The notes below the pieces were generated by a model. It was given only the letters and a program-made list of their open reading frames with translations, made no database searches and had not been told where the DNA came from. 64,000 bases of DNA from a virus. Taxonomy: Duplodnaviria; Caudoviricetes. The stretch is from the IMG/VR virus record IMGVR_UViG_3300020577_007690, positions 1 through 64,000 of that record; one strand, 5' to 3'. Positions 45,657 to 54,549 of the stretch are shown here, in pieces (position 1 is the stretch's first letter; each line of letters starts with the position of its first letter). Both the position numbers and the translations under genes were made by a program.

Positions 45657-46174
45657 CAGCGTCGCGCGCTCGCATCGCGCAGCACAACGACTTCCTTCTC
45701 GCTCTTCCCCTTCCCCAGCACCTTGTCAAAGTCGATGGCGGCGGTCTTTCCGTTCACCTTGATGGACGTCGGCTTCTTCTGTCCAGGTGACTTGAAGAAC
45801 ATCGCCCCTTTCTCGGATCGACTGTACGCCTGTGGTGCTCGCGTTGCGATGATGCCGCCACGGTGCAGAACGGTGTCGCCGGGATGAAGATCGGCGAGAT
45901 GCCCGCCTTTGACAGTGTGCGGAAGAAGTTGCTTCATCGCCTCCTTGACGTGCGGTGGGGCCACTTCGTCTTGCTGCCAGTGCGAGACAATCGTCTTGAC
46001 GATGAAGTCACGCTGCGGAGAACCAGGACGCAGCAGCTTTTCGAGTCGAGGCCCCTTGAGCTTGAACACGTCGCCGACAGAGAGGCCCTTCTTGTGCGAG
46101 TCGGGGTTGTTCCCTCGACCGACACCCGGCATCTCGACGTCTTTCCGCGGTCGCTTCATCGACGGTCCGTACAT
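45656..46174 (-). CDS. Basic protein carrying the N-terminal MPGVGRGNNPxSH tag (copy 3)
   Basis: Start moved to ATG 46174 (GAGGG RBS): MYGPSMKRPRKDVEMPGVGRGNNPDSHKK. Confidence 0.65.
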   Translation of the reverse strand: MYGPSMKRPRKDVEMPGVGRGNNPDSHKKGLSVGDVFKLKGPRLEKLLRPGSPQRDFIVKTIVSHWQQDEVAPPHVKEAMKQLLPHTVKGGHLADLHPGDTVLHRGGIIATRAPQAYSRSEKGAMFFKSPGQKKPTSIKVNGKTAAIDFDKVLGKGKSEKEVVVLRDASARR

Positions 46175-46181
46175 CGTGCCC

Positions 46182-46772
46182 TCAGTCGATGTTGGCAAAA
46201 CCAAGGAAGCGGTGAGAACCGCGTAGTCCCTTATGAAGTTCAATTATCGACACGGATTCCCGTACGTGAACTTTTGCAGGGAAGTCTCCTTCATTCGCAC
46301 CGATCGTGTCGATGAGCAGGTTCAGCACGTTGATGCGGCGGAGCATGTTGACGTGCCCGGCGCGGCGCTTGATGTCTCGCTCGTAGAAGAGCACCGCGGC
46401 GCGGTGCATCGCCTCTGCTAGGTCTTCCGGCGTCGGGAAGCCGGTGACGTCTCGGTAGAGGCCGCGCAGGATGTAGCCCTGCCGCATGCGCTCAGCGGAT
46501 ATGCTGCGGGGCATGCCGGACTTCGCCCGCGTGTGAACGAGCGACACCCAAGCAGCGCACCACATATCACCGGGGCGGCGCGTGCGCGGGTTGTCGTAGT
46601 TCAAACACTCGATGACGAACGGACCTTCGTTGTTGCCGCCCTCCTCTCCCTTGCCGATGTCCTTGTCCGCCTCAGCGAGGACGATGTCCGCCATCGAAAG
46701 GATGAGCTTCTCCGTGGGCGCCAGTGAGAGCGGCAGCGGGATCGCAGGATCGGTCTTGTCAGCGTCGCTCAC
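46182..46772 (-). CDS. CHAP/NlpC-like cell-wall hydrolase (endolysin or virion lysin)
   Basis: EGGNNEGP...WCAAWVS (catalytic Cys)...AGHV (His)...TIGAN. Confidence 0.7.
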   Translation of the reverse strand: MSDADKTDPAIPLPLSLAPTEKLILSMADIVLAEADKDIGKGEEGGNNEGPFVIECLNYDNPRTRRPGDMWCAAWVSLVHTRAKSGMPRSISAERMRQGYILRGLYRDVTGFPTPEDLAEAMHRAAVLFYERDIKRRAGHVNMLRRINVLNLLIDTIGANEGDFPAKVHVRESVSIIELHKGLRGSHRFLGFANID

Positions 46773-46781
46773 GTTCGTCTC

Positions 46782-47141
46782 CTACCAGAGTCCGTGTTTC
46801 TCTCGAAGCTGTGCAGCGCGTTGACGCATGATATCGCCCTTTGCAATCTGCTGCGGCGTCCTTCTTTCCGGCCTGCCGCTAGGGATGTGCGCCATCAACG
46901 GCAGCATGCTGTTGATGTGACGTTCGATGGTGCTGACTCTGTTTTCTGCCAGCCCTCTTCTCTTATCTTCGCTATCTCTAGAAAGACGCTTCTTGTCGCT
47001 GTAGGACAGATCTGGATCGTTCCGTTCCATCTTGAGCTTCGTGCCGGGTGTGATTCTCTTCCTGACGTGACTCGCCGGGTTGTTGCCACGACCGACGCCA
47101 GGCATCTTCGCGCCGCTGCGTTTCATCGACTTGCCGTTCAC
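46782..47141 (-). CDS. Basic protein carrying the MPGVGRGNNPxSH tag (copy 2)
   Basis: GTG start at 47141 (GGAGAG RBS, GTGA overlap): MNGKSMKRSGAKMPGVGRGNNPASH. Confidence 0.65.
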   Translation of the reverse strand: MNGKSMKRSGAKMPGVGRGNNPASHVRKRITPGTKLKMERNDPDLSYSDKKRLSRDSEDKRRGLAENRVSTIERHINSMLPLMAHIPSGRPERRTPQQIAKGDIMRQRAAQLREKHGLW

Positions 47142-47674
47142 GACTGCATCTCTCCGTTCCGCGCGCGGTCTTGCTGGGCGCGCTCCAAGCTCACGTTCCA
47201 CCCGAGCGTCTTGTACTCGGGGTTCGACTTCAGGTGGAAGCGGCGCTGGTAGCTCGCTCCGTTGTGTCCGAGGAACTCGATCTCCCAGAATACCGTTGCA
47301 TCACTCTGTGGCGGCGTACCGTCGTCATCGTGCCCGCGCAGCTCTTCCTCGGTGTAGTTCGCGTTGATCTTGGACACCATGACCGTACCGACTTCGAACA
47401 TGCCGCCGCTCTCGACGCTGTTCTCCACGCTCCCCATCCCTTCCACCTTCGGCGTCGGCAGGATGTTACGCACGAGATCGACGTACTCCTGACCCTCTCC
47501 GACTGCGAGTCCGCTCCATCGCGTACGCACGATGCGGACGTGCATCGGCCGCAGACCGAAGAAGGTGAGCAGATCGCGCAGATCGGGGACAAGGTCCGTC
47601 GCCAGGTCACGCGCGAGCGCCTGCTTGAAGTCCTTGAAGTCGAGCAGGGTGAACTTCTTCTCGTCGACTGACAT
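47138..47674 (-). CDS. Head closure/stopper protein (putative)
   Basis: 178 aa from ATG 47674; follows the adaptor gene. Confidence 0.5.
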   Translation of the reverse strand: MSVDEKKFTLLDFKDFKQALARDLATDLVPDLRDLLTFFGLRPMHVRIVRTRWSGLAVGEGQEYVDLVRNILPTPKVEGMGSVENSVESGGMFEVGTVMVSKINANYTEEELRGHDDDGTPPQSDATVFWEIEFLGHNGASYQRRFHLKSNPEYKTLGWNVSLERAQQDRARNGEMQS

Positions 47675-48069
47675 CAGCACACCGTGACGTTGCCGACGCC
47701 GCAGTCCACATCGACACCGCCCGCGTTGATAGGACAGTTGAGGAGCTGTCCGAGGCGCTCTTGCTCGGCGCGGTACTCCCGCCGCAGATCCTTCAGGTAG
47801 TCCTCGCGGAGATCGAGATCTTCCAGCTTCGAAGCGATGAGCGCCTTGATGCCCAAAGTGCGCTGAAGCTCCAGGTTCTTGTCGAGCGCGCCGATGCACC
47901 CCTCGATGAAGGGGATGGCGGCCTCGGGGACGCGCTCCATGGCCCCGATGATCAAATACATGGGCTGGATGCTGATCGGGATGCCCGCAGCGTACGCCTG
48001 CCCCTCGTTGACGAGGGGGTAGCCCATGTGGAACTTGATCTTCTGCTTCAGCGGTTCGGAGAGCGGCAT
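47674..48069 (-). CDS. Head-tail adaptor (putative)
   Basis: 131 aa helical protein at the typical position; leaderless TAGAAT-N6-ATG. Confidence 0.5.
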   Translation of the reverse strand: MPLSEPLKQKIKFHMGYPLVNEGQAYAAGIPISIQPMYLIIGAMERVPEAAIPFIEGCIGALDKNLELQRTLGIKALIASKLEDLDLREDYLKDLRREYRAEQERLGQLLNCPINAGGVDVDCGVGNVTVC

Positions 48070-48118
48070 GGCTCGATTCTACCATGCCGGGAGGGTGGGC
48101 CTGTGGCCCAGGAGGGGG

Positions 48119-48787
48119 CTAGCGGGTGGGGCCGTAGTACAGCTCGTAGACGTCGGGCGGGAGCTGCTTGCGCATCCGGTCGTAGCCCTGCTCACCGAGG
48201 TGCTCGACGCGGTAGATCTGACCGGCGCTTGCCGTCGTCATGCCGCCACCAGGCACCGAGACAGCGTAGTCCATCTTCATCTTGATGGGCGGACGCTCGC
48301 CGTGCTTCTCCTTGTTGGCCTCGTGCAGCAGCACTTCGAGCCTGCCCTTCGCGCGGGCGAGCAGATCCATGAAGGTGCTGAGCAGACCGTGGTCCTCGTC
48401 GGGCTTGATGGGCTCGGCGTCCTCGTGCAGGAAGCGCGAGAAGAGCTGCGGGAGCTGCGCTAGCTCACCGAAGCCGCTGTCATCCACGACGCGGTTGATC
48501 TGATCGTCGAGGGTCGCGATGTGCTTCTCTGCTGCCGCGAGGTTGCTGCGCAGCGTCGTGATCTCATCCGCCTGCTGGTTCAGCTTCTCGCGGAGGAGGG
48601 TGTTCTCCTCCTCTGCGCCACGGAGGAGCTTCTGCGTCTCCGCGAGCTGGATCTGCGCGTCGGCAGGGATCTCGACCTTGGGCTCTTCGAGCGGTGGCTC
48701 CGGCGGCTTCGCATCCACCTTGGTCTGCTCGGTGCTCTCGGGCTTCTTGTCGTTCTGCTGCGGCTTCTTGTCGTCGTTCTTCGCCAT
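48119..48787 (-). CDS. Coiled-coil hypothetical virion-associated protein
   Basis: 222 aa, GAGGT RBS. Confidence 0.6.
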   Translation of the reverse strand: MAKNDDKKPQQNDKKPESTEQTKVDAKPPEPPLEEPKVEIPADAQIQLAETQKLLRGAEEENTLLREKLNQQADEITTLRSNLAAAEKHIATLDDQINRVVDDSGFGELAQLPQLFSRFLHEDAEPIKPDEDHGLLSTFMDLLARAKGRLEVLLHEANKEKHGERPPIKMKMDYAVSVPGGGMTTASAGQIYRVEHLGEQGYDRMRKQLPPDVYELYYGPTR

Positions 48788-48801
48788 CAGATCACCTCGT
48801 G

Positions 48802-49206
48802 AAGAAAAATCATGGGAGAGAGGATATCACGCGCACCGTCGGACTTACGGCTTCTTTCGGCGTTAGCCACCCGTGCCTTCTGGCGCCCCGTGCGGGCACG
48901 CTCCATCCTCTCCCCCATGTGCTCTCCGCGGTCCCTACTACCCCGAAGGAGAGCCTTCACCAGTGACCCAAGCGACTGCTCGGCAGCATCCTCGGCGTTA
49001 CGCGCGCCTCTACCCAGCATGCACACGACCATCTCCGGGGAGAGATCGGCGTACTGGACGGACACAAGGTCCGCTCGGAGACTCCCACTTACTGCCGCCG
49101 AAGCGGCCTCCGTCAGGAAAGGCGCCGCACTCGCAATCGCTCGCTGGTGAAGCCGCTGTCGGACCCTCCGGGTCACAGATGCCCGACAGCAAGAATTGGT
49201 GAACAC
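48802..49206 (-). ncRNA. Structured ncRNA or long 5' leader candidate (element B, about 400 nt)
   Basis: Long-range stems with G-U pairs only on the minus strand, two C(UUCG)G loops, and a 15 bp closing stem followed by a U-rich run; -10 TAGGCT at 49218-49213. Confidence 0.55.
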
Positions 49207-49231
49207 GAGAGGAAGCCTATAAGATCAGACC

Positions 49232-49579
49232 ATGAATGGCAAGCGCATGCGCCGGTCCGACGTCAAGATGCCCGGCGTTGGCCGAGGGAACAACCCGAAC
49301 AGCCACAAGAAGTCGAGCAAGATCGTGCCCAAAGACTCTGTGGTCGCATACGCTCGTCTGGGAAGTGGACACGCTTCAGGCTCGCCCGCACATCGCGCCC
49401 ACTTTGAAAATCTGGAGAAGCTGCTGCGCCTGACCTACGGGAGCGACAAGGCGACGCACAGAGCGCTCGCCAAGCACCACGACAAGCTCTTCGATGCGGC
49501 AAAGACTGCGGGCGACGCGAAGGAGAAAGCAGCGCAGGCCAAGCTGTCGCTCATCCACGAGCACATCGGCACTGAATAA
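49232..49579 (+). CDS. Basic protein carrying the MPGVGRGNNPxSH tag (copy 1), opposite strand to the head operon
   Basis: Leaderless TAAGAT-N6-ATG; MNGKRMRRSDVKMPGVGRGNNPNSHKK. Confidence 0.7.
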   Translation: MNGKRMRRSDVKMPGVGRGNNPNSHKKSSKIVPKDSVVAYARLGSGHASGSPAHRAHFENLEKLLRLTYGSDKATHRALAKHHDKLFDAAKTAGDAKEKAAQAKLSLIHEHIGTE

Positions 49580-49617
49580 AAAAACAGCCCCCGGCGCCAC
49601 ACAGACACCGGAGGCTG
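49578..49617 (-). terminator. Intrinsic terminator after the major capsid gene
   Basis: Minus strand CAGCCTCCGG-N13-CCGGGGGCTG-T7. Confidence 0.75.
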
Positions 49618-49644
49618 GGGGCCTCTGCGAAGAGGAAGGGAGGG

Positions 49645-51075
49645 CTAGCCAGAGCAGATCGCCATGCAGCGCTTGTAGCGCGCGGCGTCGCCGACGACGC
49701 CATCGGGGCGCGTCGAGTAGGCGGCGACGAACTTCCAGGCCATGCCGATCTGATCGGCGTGCCGGTTCTTGGCGGCCTGCATGATGAAGCTGACGTCCTG
49801 GGTGTAGATCGTCATCTCGTCGACCGAGAGGCTCGCGTCGAACTGGCCGACGAGCCCGGTGACGCCCGCGTCCGTCAGGTACTGGTCCTGCTTCTGGATG
49901 TACTCCTTCAGCAGACCAGCGCCGAGCAGCAGCGAGTGGAAGACCGGGTCGCCAGTCGGCGTGCCGTCGTTCGTGGTCTCCGCGCCGACCGGGTCCGCCT
50001 CGGAGTAGGTCGCCGAGGGACCGCCGACCTTGGTCGACCCCGCCGCCGAGTCCTCGCCGAAGGTCCAGGTCAGGTTGTTCTCCAGCCAGATGCAGCCGAC
50101 GCCGATCCGCTGCACCTGCTCGACGAACAGGAAGAAGTCGGGCAGGTTCGCCAGGCCCGTCTCCGTGAGGCGCTGGAACTCCGGGTCCGCCATGATCTGG
50201 CTCATGGGGGTCGGGTCGAGGTGCAGGTGCCAGTAGCCGTCGTCGTGCCGCGCCACGTTCTGCTTGCGGAACCGGGTCGTGGCGGTGCGGACGTCGGCGA
50301 GGGTCAGCTTCTGCGCCGGGGTCACGTCGTCGATGCGGCCCGCGTTGCCGGAGCCCACGCGGTGGATGAAGGTCGCGTCGTCCGCCTTGACGAGCGCGCG
50401 GTCCGCCACGGTGACGGCGGCGCTCAGCAGCAGGACGCCGGGGCCGTAGATGTCATCGGGGATGTCCGGCGTGAAGCCGATGACCGTGTTGGCAGTGCCG
50501 TTGACGGTGATCTTGAGCGGGTTGGTGCTCGACACCGGCATGTACTTGACGACGGCGGTGAGGCGCAGATCGGGGCGCCGCGCTGTCGTGAAGCCGTTGA
50601 TGCGCGCGACGCGCAGCGACGTGACAGCGTTCTGCGCGCCGTCGGCGACGGTCCAGCCAGCCAGGGCCGCGTTGTAGAGCGGCGCGCGGCTGATCTTGTT
50701 CAGCGACTCGCCGCACTGCACGCCCAGGCTGTGGATCTCGACGAACAGCGTGTTGACGATGCTGTTCGCGGCGGCGACCATGTTGACGTCCTGGGCGCCC
50801 TCGTCGGGGTACAGCTTCAGCTCGGCCTCCCACTGCTCCAGAGGCGTGGTGATGACCTTCGGGTCGTTGCCCGGGGTCAGCGGCTTGGCCGACGGACGGG
50901 CGCGGCCCTTGGCGGTGAAGGTGCGACGCTCGCCCGCGTGCCCCTCCCACTCCTCAGGCTCGCCAGCCTCCGCGCGCCACATGAGGGCGGGCATGAGACC
51001 GTCGAGGATGCGGCGAACGAGGAAGCCCTGCTGGACAGCGGCTTGCAGCTCCGGGGTGTTCAGGATAACGGCCAT
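49645..51075 (-). CDS. Major capsid protein
   Basis: 476 aa downstream of the scaffold gene, strongly biased codons, strong RBS, followed by a terminator; LTLADVRTATTRFRKQNV...WHLHLDP..MSQIMADPEF resembles HK97-fold capsids. Confidence 0.75.
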   Translation of the reverse strand: MAVILNTPELQAAVQQGFLVRRILDGLMPALMWRAEAGEPEEWEGHAGERRTFTAKGRARPSAKPLTPGNDPKVITTPLEQWEAELKLYPDEGAQDVNMVAAANSIVNTLFVEIHSLGVQCGESLNKISRAPLYNAALAGWTVADGAQNAVTSLRVARINGFTTARRPDLRLTAVVKYMPVSSTNPLKITVNGTANTVIGFTPDIPDDIYGPGVLLLSAAVTVADRALVKADDATFIHRVGSGNAGRIDDVTPAQKLTLADVRTATTRFRKQNVARHDDGYWHLHLDPTPMSQIMADPEFQRLTETGLANLPDFFLFVEQVQRIGVGCIWLENNLTWTFGEDSAAGSTKVGGPSATYSEADPVGAETTNDGTPTGDPVFHSLLLGAGLLKEYIQKQDQYLTDAGVTGLVGQFDASLSVDEMTIYTQDVSFIMQAAKNRHADQIGMAWKFVAAYSTRPDGVVGDAARYKRCMAICSG

Positions 51076-51117
51076 CTATCTTCTCCTTCTATCGTGGGCC
51101 GTGCCCAGCGAATGGTC

Positions 51118-52182
51118 TTACTCTTGCTGCTCCGCCATCTGGCGGCGCATCGACTTGATGGGGGCCTGCGTCTGACCCCCAGCGGCCTGGCGGCCGAACT
51201 GCCTGGCGAACTCCGAGGCGACTTGCGCCTTGGACGTCTTCGGGTTCATCACCTTGTCGCGCGTGCTCGCCGCGGGACCGCCTGCCGCCGCCTTCGCCGC
51301 CGAAGCAGCGTCAGCGGGGCGCTCGTCACCCGCGCGCGTCCCCGTGTTGGCGGGACGGCGGGGGACCGGCGGCGCCGCCGGAGTCTCGGTCTCGGTCTGC
51401 GTGGCGCTCTTGAAGTAGTAGGCGGCGGCCTCGGGGTCCTTCTTCAGGGCGTCGAAGCAGACCTCCTCCCACAGCTTGAGGCCGTCGGGGGAGGCGTTCA
51501 GCTCCTCCACGACCTCATCCGGCAGCTCACCGAGGATGCGCTGCGCGTACGCCTCGACCTCCCGGATGCGGCTCTGCTTGATGCCGAAGTGCTTGACGGC
51601 GAGGGTGCGGAACTCCTTCCAGCTCTCGTCGTGCTCGGCCTGCGCCTGGGCAGCCTGCTCCGCAGCCTCGCGCTCCTCGCGCCAGGACTTCTGCTCGTCG
51701 AGCTGGTCCTTCAGCTCCTTGAGCTGCGTCCCGTACTCGGCGTCGAAGACCGCCTTGGCGCGCTTCAGCCACTCCTCTTGCGACTCGCCTGCCTTGGGCG
51801 GCGTGACTTCCGCCGCCGCAGCCTGCGCCGCGTTCTTCGGCGCAGCCGGGGCGTCCTTGCCCTTGTCGGACGCGGGCGGTGCGAGCTTGCTCTTCAGCTC
51901 CTCGACGCTCGCCAGGCCCAGCTCCTTGAGCAGCAGCTTGGTGCCCTTCTCGCGCTCCGCTCGCTTGATCTGACCGAAGCTGCGCGTCGGGATGTGAACC
52001 ATCCCGACGTCTGCCTCCGTGTCCGCGTCCGCGTCCACCTTCTTCGGCGGCTTGGCACGCGCCTGCTCGCTGTTCTGCCGCTGTCCCTCGGACTGGACGG
52101 TCGGCAGCACACCCAGCTCGGCGCGCAGAGCATCCTCGGATTCGAACCCCAGGGCCTTCAGCTTCTCCAGTGAAATCGGCAT
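51118..52182 (-). CDS. Capsid scaffolding protein
   Basis: 354 aa, charged coiled-coil with Ala/Pro-rich linkers, directly upstream of the capsid gene. Confidence 0.65.
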   Translation of the reverse strand: MPISLEKLKALGFESEDALRAELGVLPTVQSEGQRQNSEQARAKPPKKVDADADTEADVGMVHIPTRSFGQIKRAEREKGTKLLLKELGLASVEELKSKLAPPASDKGKDAPAAPKNAAQAAAAEVTPPKAGESQEEWLKRAKAVFDAEYGTQLKELKDQLDEQKSWREEREAAEQAAQAQAEHDESWKEFRTLAVKHFGIKQSRIREVEAYAQRILGELPDEVVEELNASPDGLKLWEEVCFDALKKDPEAAAYYFKSATQTETETPAAPPVPRRPANTGTRAGDERPADAASAAKAAAGGPAASTRDKVMNPKTSKAQVASEFARQFGRQAAGGQTQAPIKSMRRQMAEQQE

Positions 52183-52283
52183 CGTCTCTCTCCTTCTCTG
52201 TGGTTGGCCTGACCCCCGAAGGGGTCAGTAAACCGACTGTGCTCCGTCGTCGAGTGTCGGAAGGGAGCTTCTCCTTCTTCGCT

Positions 52284-53108
52284 CTATCGCGGCTGCGGGC
52301 TGTTCCGCCCGATCATCGCCAGGTCGCAGGACGGGCCACCCGCGCCCCAGTTCAGGACGGCGTCGGTGACGGTGGTCGGGAAGATGAGGCGGCGCCCGTA
52401 GTAGCTGGTCGCGAAGCCCGCGCCCGTGACCACCGGCAGGGCGCCTCGCGCCGTCGCGACCTGGGCTGCCACGAGGCCCGCGCCCGTGTCGCCGGTCTTC
52501 ACCGCGGCCACCGCCCACTGCGAGAACGTGGCATCGGCGTTGAGGGCGGCGACGATGTCCGTCGCCGTCTCGGTGGCGTCCACCGTCGAACCGTCCGTCG
52601 TCTTGATGCGGAGGATCACCTCCTTGACGGGGTTGTCGTCGAACGGCAGGCTCTCGCTGTTCTCGTCGATGCAGGTGATGCGGCGGGGCAGGATGGCGGC
52701 GGCGTTGACGCCCGGCACGTACTGCGCGTAGCGCAGGGAGACGCCCGTCTTGGGCGTGATGGTCACGCCGCCGTTCGCCGCACCGTCGATCGTCAGGCCC
52801 GCCGCGGGGACCTCGATGCTCATGATGCCGATGTTGCGCCAGAGCTGGCTCACCGCCGACGTACCACCCGCGCGCACGTTGACGTTGGCGCCGGGGGTGC
52901 AGGGTGCGATGCGCGCCGTCGTGTCGATGGTGTCCAGGTCGATCATGTCGGCGGCGGCCGACGAGGACTGCGTGACCACCTTGCCGCGAACGCCCGCGAG
53001 CATGAGACCGAGCAGGCTCTTGCGCGCGATGTCCGAGAGGCGGTTGTCGGTGAGCGCCGCACCGCTGTTCAGCTCATCCTTGAAGGAGGGGACTGCTGCG
53101 ACCGTCAT
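52284..53108 (-). CDS. Virion structural protein (head decoration-like)
   Basis: 274 aa Ala/Thr/Gly-rich, capsid-like codon bias. Confidence 0.5.
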   Translation of the reverse strand: MTVAAVPSFKDELNSGAALTDNRLSDIARKSLLGLMLAGVRGKVVTQSSSAAADMIDLDTIDTTARIAPCTPGANVNVRAGGTSAVSQLWRNIGIMSIEVPAAGLTIDGAANGGVTITPKTGVSLRYAQYVPGVNAAAILPRRITCIDENSESLPFDDNPVKEVILRIKTTDGSTVDATETATDIVAALNADATFSQWAVAAVKTGDTGAGLVAAQVATARGALPVVTGAGFATSYYGRRLIFPTTVTDAVLNWGAGGPSCDLAMIGRNSPQPR

Positions 53109-53494
53109 TAGCTCTTCTCTCCTAGCGTCACGTCACAGTAGACCTGAACGCCTGCGGGACGTTGAAGGGTCAGGGCGGTGTAGCCGATCGTCTTGGAGAT
53201 GAGGATCATCTCCGGTTCGATGACGACGATCTGCGACGAGCCCGATTCACTGGTGAGGCGAGCGGTCACGTAACCACCGCGCACGGCGATTTTCACGACG
53301 TGCGCGGTGGTTACGCCACCGCCGAAGTTGATCGTCCTGGCGCTGTCCGATTCGAGCGGGATGTCGGACTGGTCATCCGTCGCCTTGCACACGATCTGGA
53401 CGTTGGTTGGAACGCCGAGCGTGCTCTGCCCCGACGCCAGGCCAGAAGGCGGCTCGGCGGTAAGGCTGGCGGTGACGATGACCCGTTTCGACAT
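53108..53494 (-). CDS. Structural hypothetical protein
   Basis: 128 aa beta-rich; TAATG coupling. Confidence 0.5.
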   Translation of the reverse strand: MSKRVIVTASLTAEPPSGLASGQSTLGVPTNVQIVCKATDDQSDIPLESDSARTINFGGGVTTAHVVKIAVRGGYVTARLTSESGSSQIVVIEPEMILISKTIGYTALTLQRPAGVQVYCDVTLGEKS

Positions 53495-53510
53495 GGTGCC
53501 TCAGCTCGGT

Positions 53511-53720
53511 TCAGACGTTGCCGAACTTGCCCTTGACGCTGTAGCACTTCTTCTGCGCGGGCGGCGCCTGCTTGAACGGGTCCTCCGCGCTGGTGTTGTG
53601 CTGGGTGAAGTTGGTCCCCGGCTGGCGACCGTAGATCGAGTCGATCGCCTCCTTGGACGTGACCTTGCCGCGACCCGCCGCGACCTCTCGTGCTCCGTTC
53701 GATGGCTTCGCCATGTTCAT
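53511..53720 (-). CDS. Small basic hypothetical protein
   Basis: 69 aa, AAGGAG RBS. Confidence 0.5.
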   Translation of the reverse strand: MNMAKPSNGAREVAAGRGKVTSKEAIDSIYGRQPGTNFTQHNTSAEDPFKQAPPAQKKCYSVKGKFGNV

Positions 53721-53746
53721 GCTCCTTCAGATGGTGCGATCGGGGA

Positions 53747-54535
53747 CTAGAACTCCAGCGCCCTGATGCGGTAGAGGATCTCGATCTTGAGTGGGCTGTT
53801 GCCCGTCGTGATCTCGCCGGTCAGCATGTGCGCCACGATCGCCGCGTTCGCGACCGGCTCGACGTTCGCCGCCAGATTGATCGGGTAGGTCAGGCGGTGT
53901 GCGTCCGCGGTCGCGTCGAGGAAGCCCGTCGTCTCGATGGCGGTCAGCATCTGCGCGCCCGAAGCATTCGTCCACTTGAACGAGATGTCTTCGCCCGCCG
54001 CGATGCCCGCGTACGCCGCCGAGTTGTAGTCGAGCCAGGCGTGCAGCGAGATCGGCTCGATGAACAGGCCCGCGCCCGGTGCGGCGATGAGGGTCTTCGG
54101 CGTCGCGTTGAGCGCGAGCAGCTCCGCCGACGAGATGGTCACGGTCGCGCGCTGCACACCGCCCAGCTCCTCGAAGACGATGTTGCTGCTGCCGAGCGTG
54201 AAGCTTGACACGCCACGCGCCTTGAAGACCTTGTTCTTGTTGACGGTGCCCTGGCTGACCGGCACCACCATGTCCTTGCACTGCGCCGTCGTCGCGGCGT
54301 CGACCGCGCGCGTCAGCGGCGCGGTGCCGGTGGCGACCGTGCCCACCGTGTAGATCCCGTTGGCGGTCTGCGACGCCTGGTCCTTGACGAGGAGCCGATC
54401 GCCCTGGACAAGCGTCACGCCGTCCTGGGTGACGCTCGCTGCGGTCAGATCGGAGATGGCCGCGGTGGTTGCCGCGACACAGGCCGCCTTGAAGTTGCCC
54501 TGGCCCGCGCCGTACTGTGCCTCTTGTCCGCTCAT
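53747..54535 (-). CDS. Head/tail fibre-type structural protein
   Basis: KAACVAATTAAI...QDGVTLVQGDRLLVKDQASQTANGIY..., a common phage fibre module. Confidence 0.65.
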   Translation of the reverse strand: MSGQEAQYGAGQGNFKAACVAATTAAISDLTAASVTQDGVTLVQGDRLLVKDQASQTANGIYTVGTVATGTAPLTRAVDAATTAQCKDMVVPVSQGTVNKNKVFKARGVSSFTLGSSNIVFEELGGVQRATVTISSAELLALNATPKTLIAAPGAGLFIEPISLHAWLDYNSAAYAGIAAGEDISFKWTNASGAQMLTAIETTGFLDATADAHRLTYPINLAANVEPVANAAIVAHMLTGEITTGNSPLKIEILYRIRALEF

Positions 54536-54549
54536 GTGCGTTCAGCTCC

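Noticed and set aside
48787-49206. 139 aa ORF as a protein-coding gene
   Set aside because: No RBS and low-complexity Arg/Ala/Ser composition; the region is better explained by strand-specific RNA pairing
49759-52173. Long antisense ORFs in the track (804 aa here; also 29445-31574, 38444-40564, 41348-42850, 21703-23193, 62119-63564)
   Set aside because: They mirror well-supported genes on the other strand, have Arg/Ala/Gly/Val-rich shadow composition and no RBS; typical of high-GC codon bias
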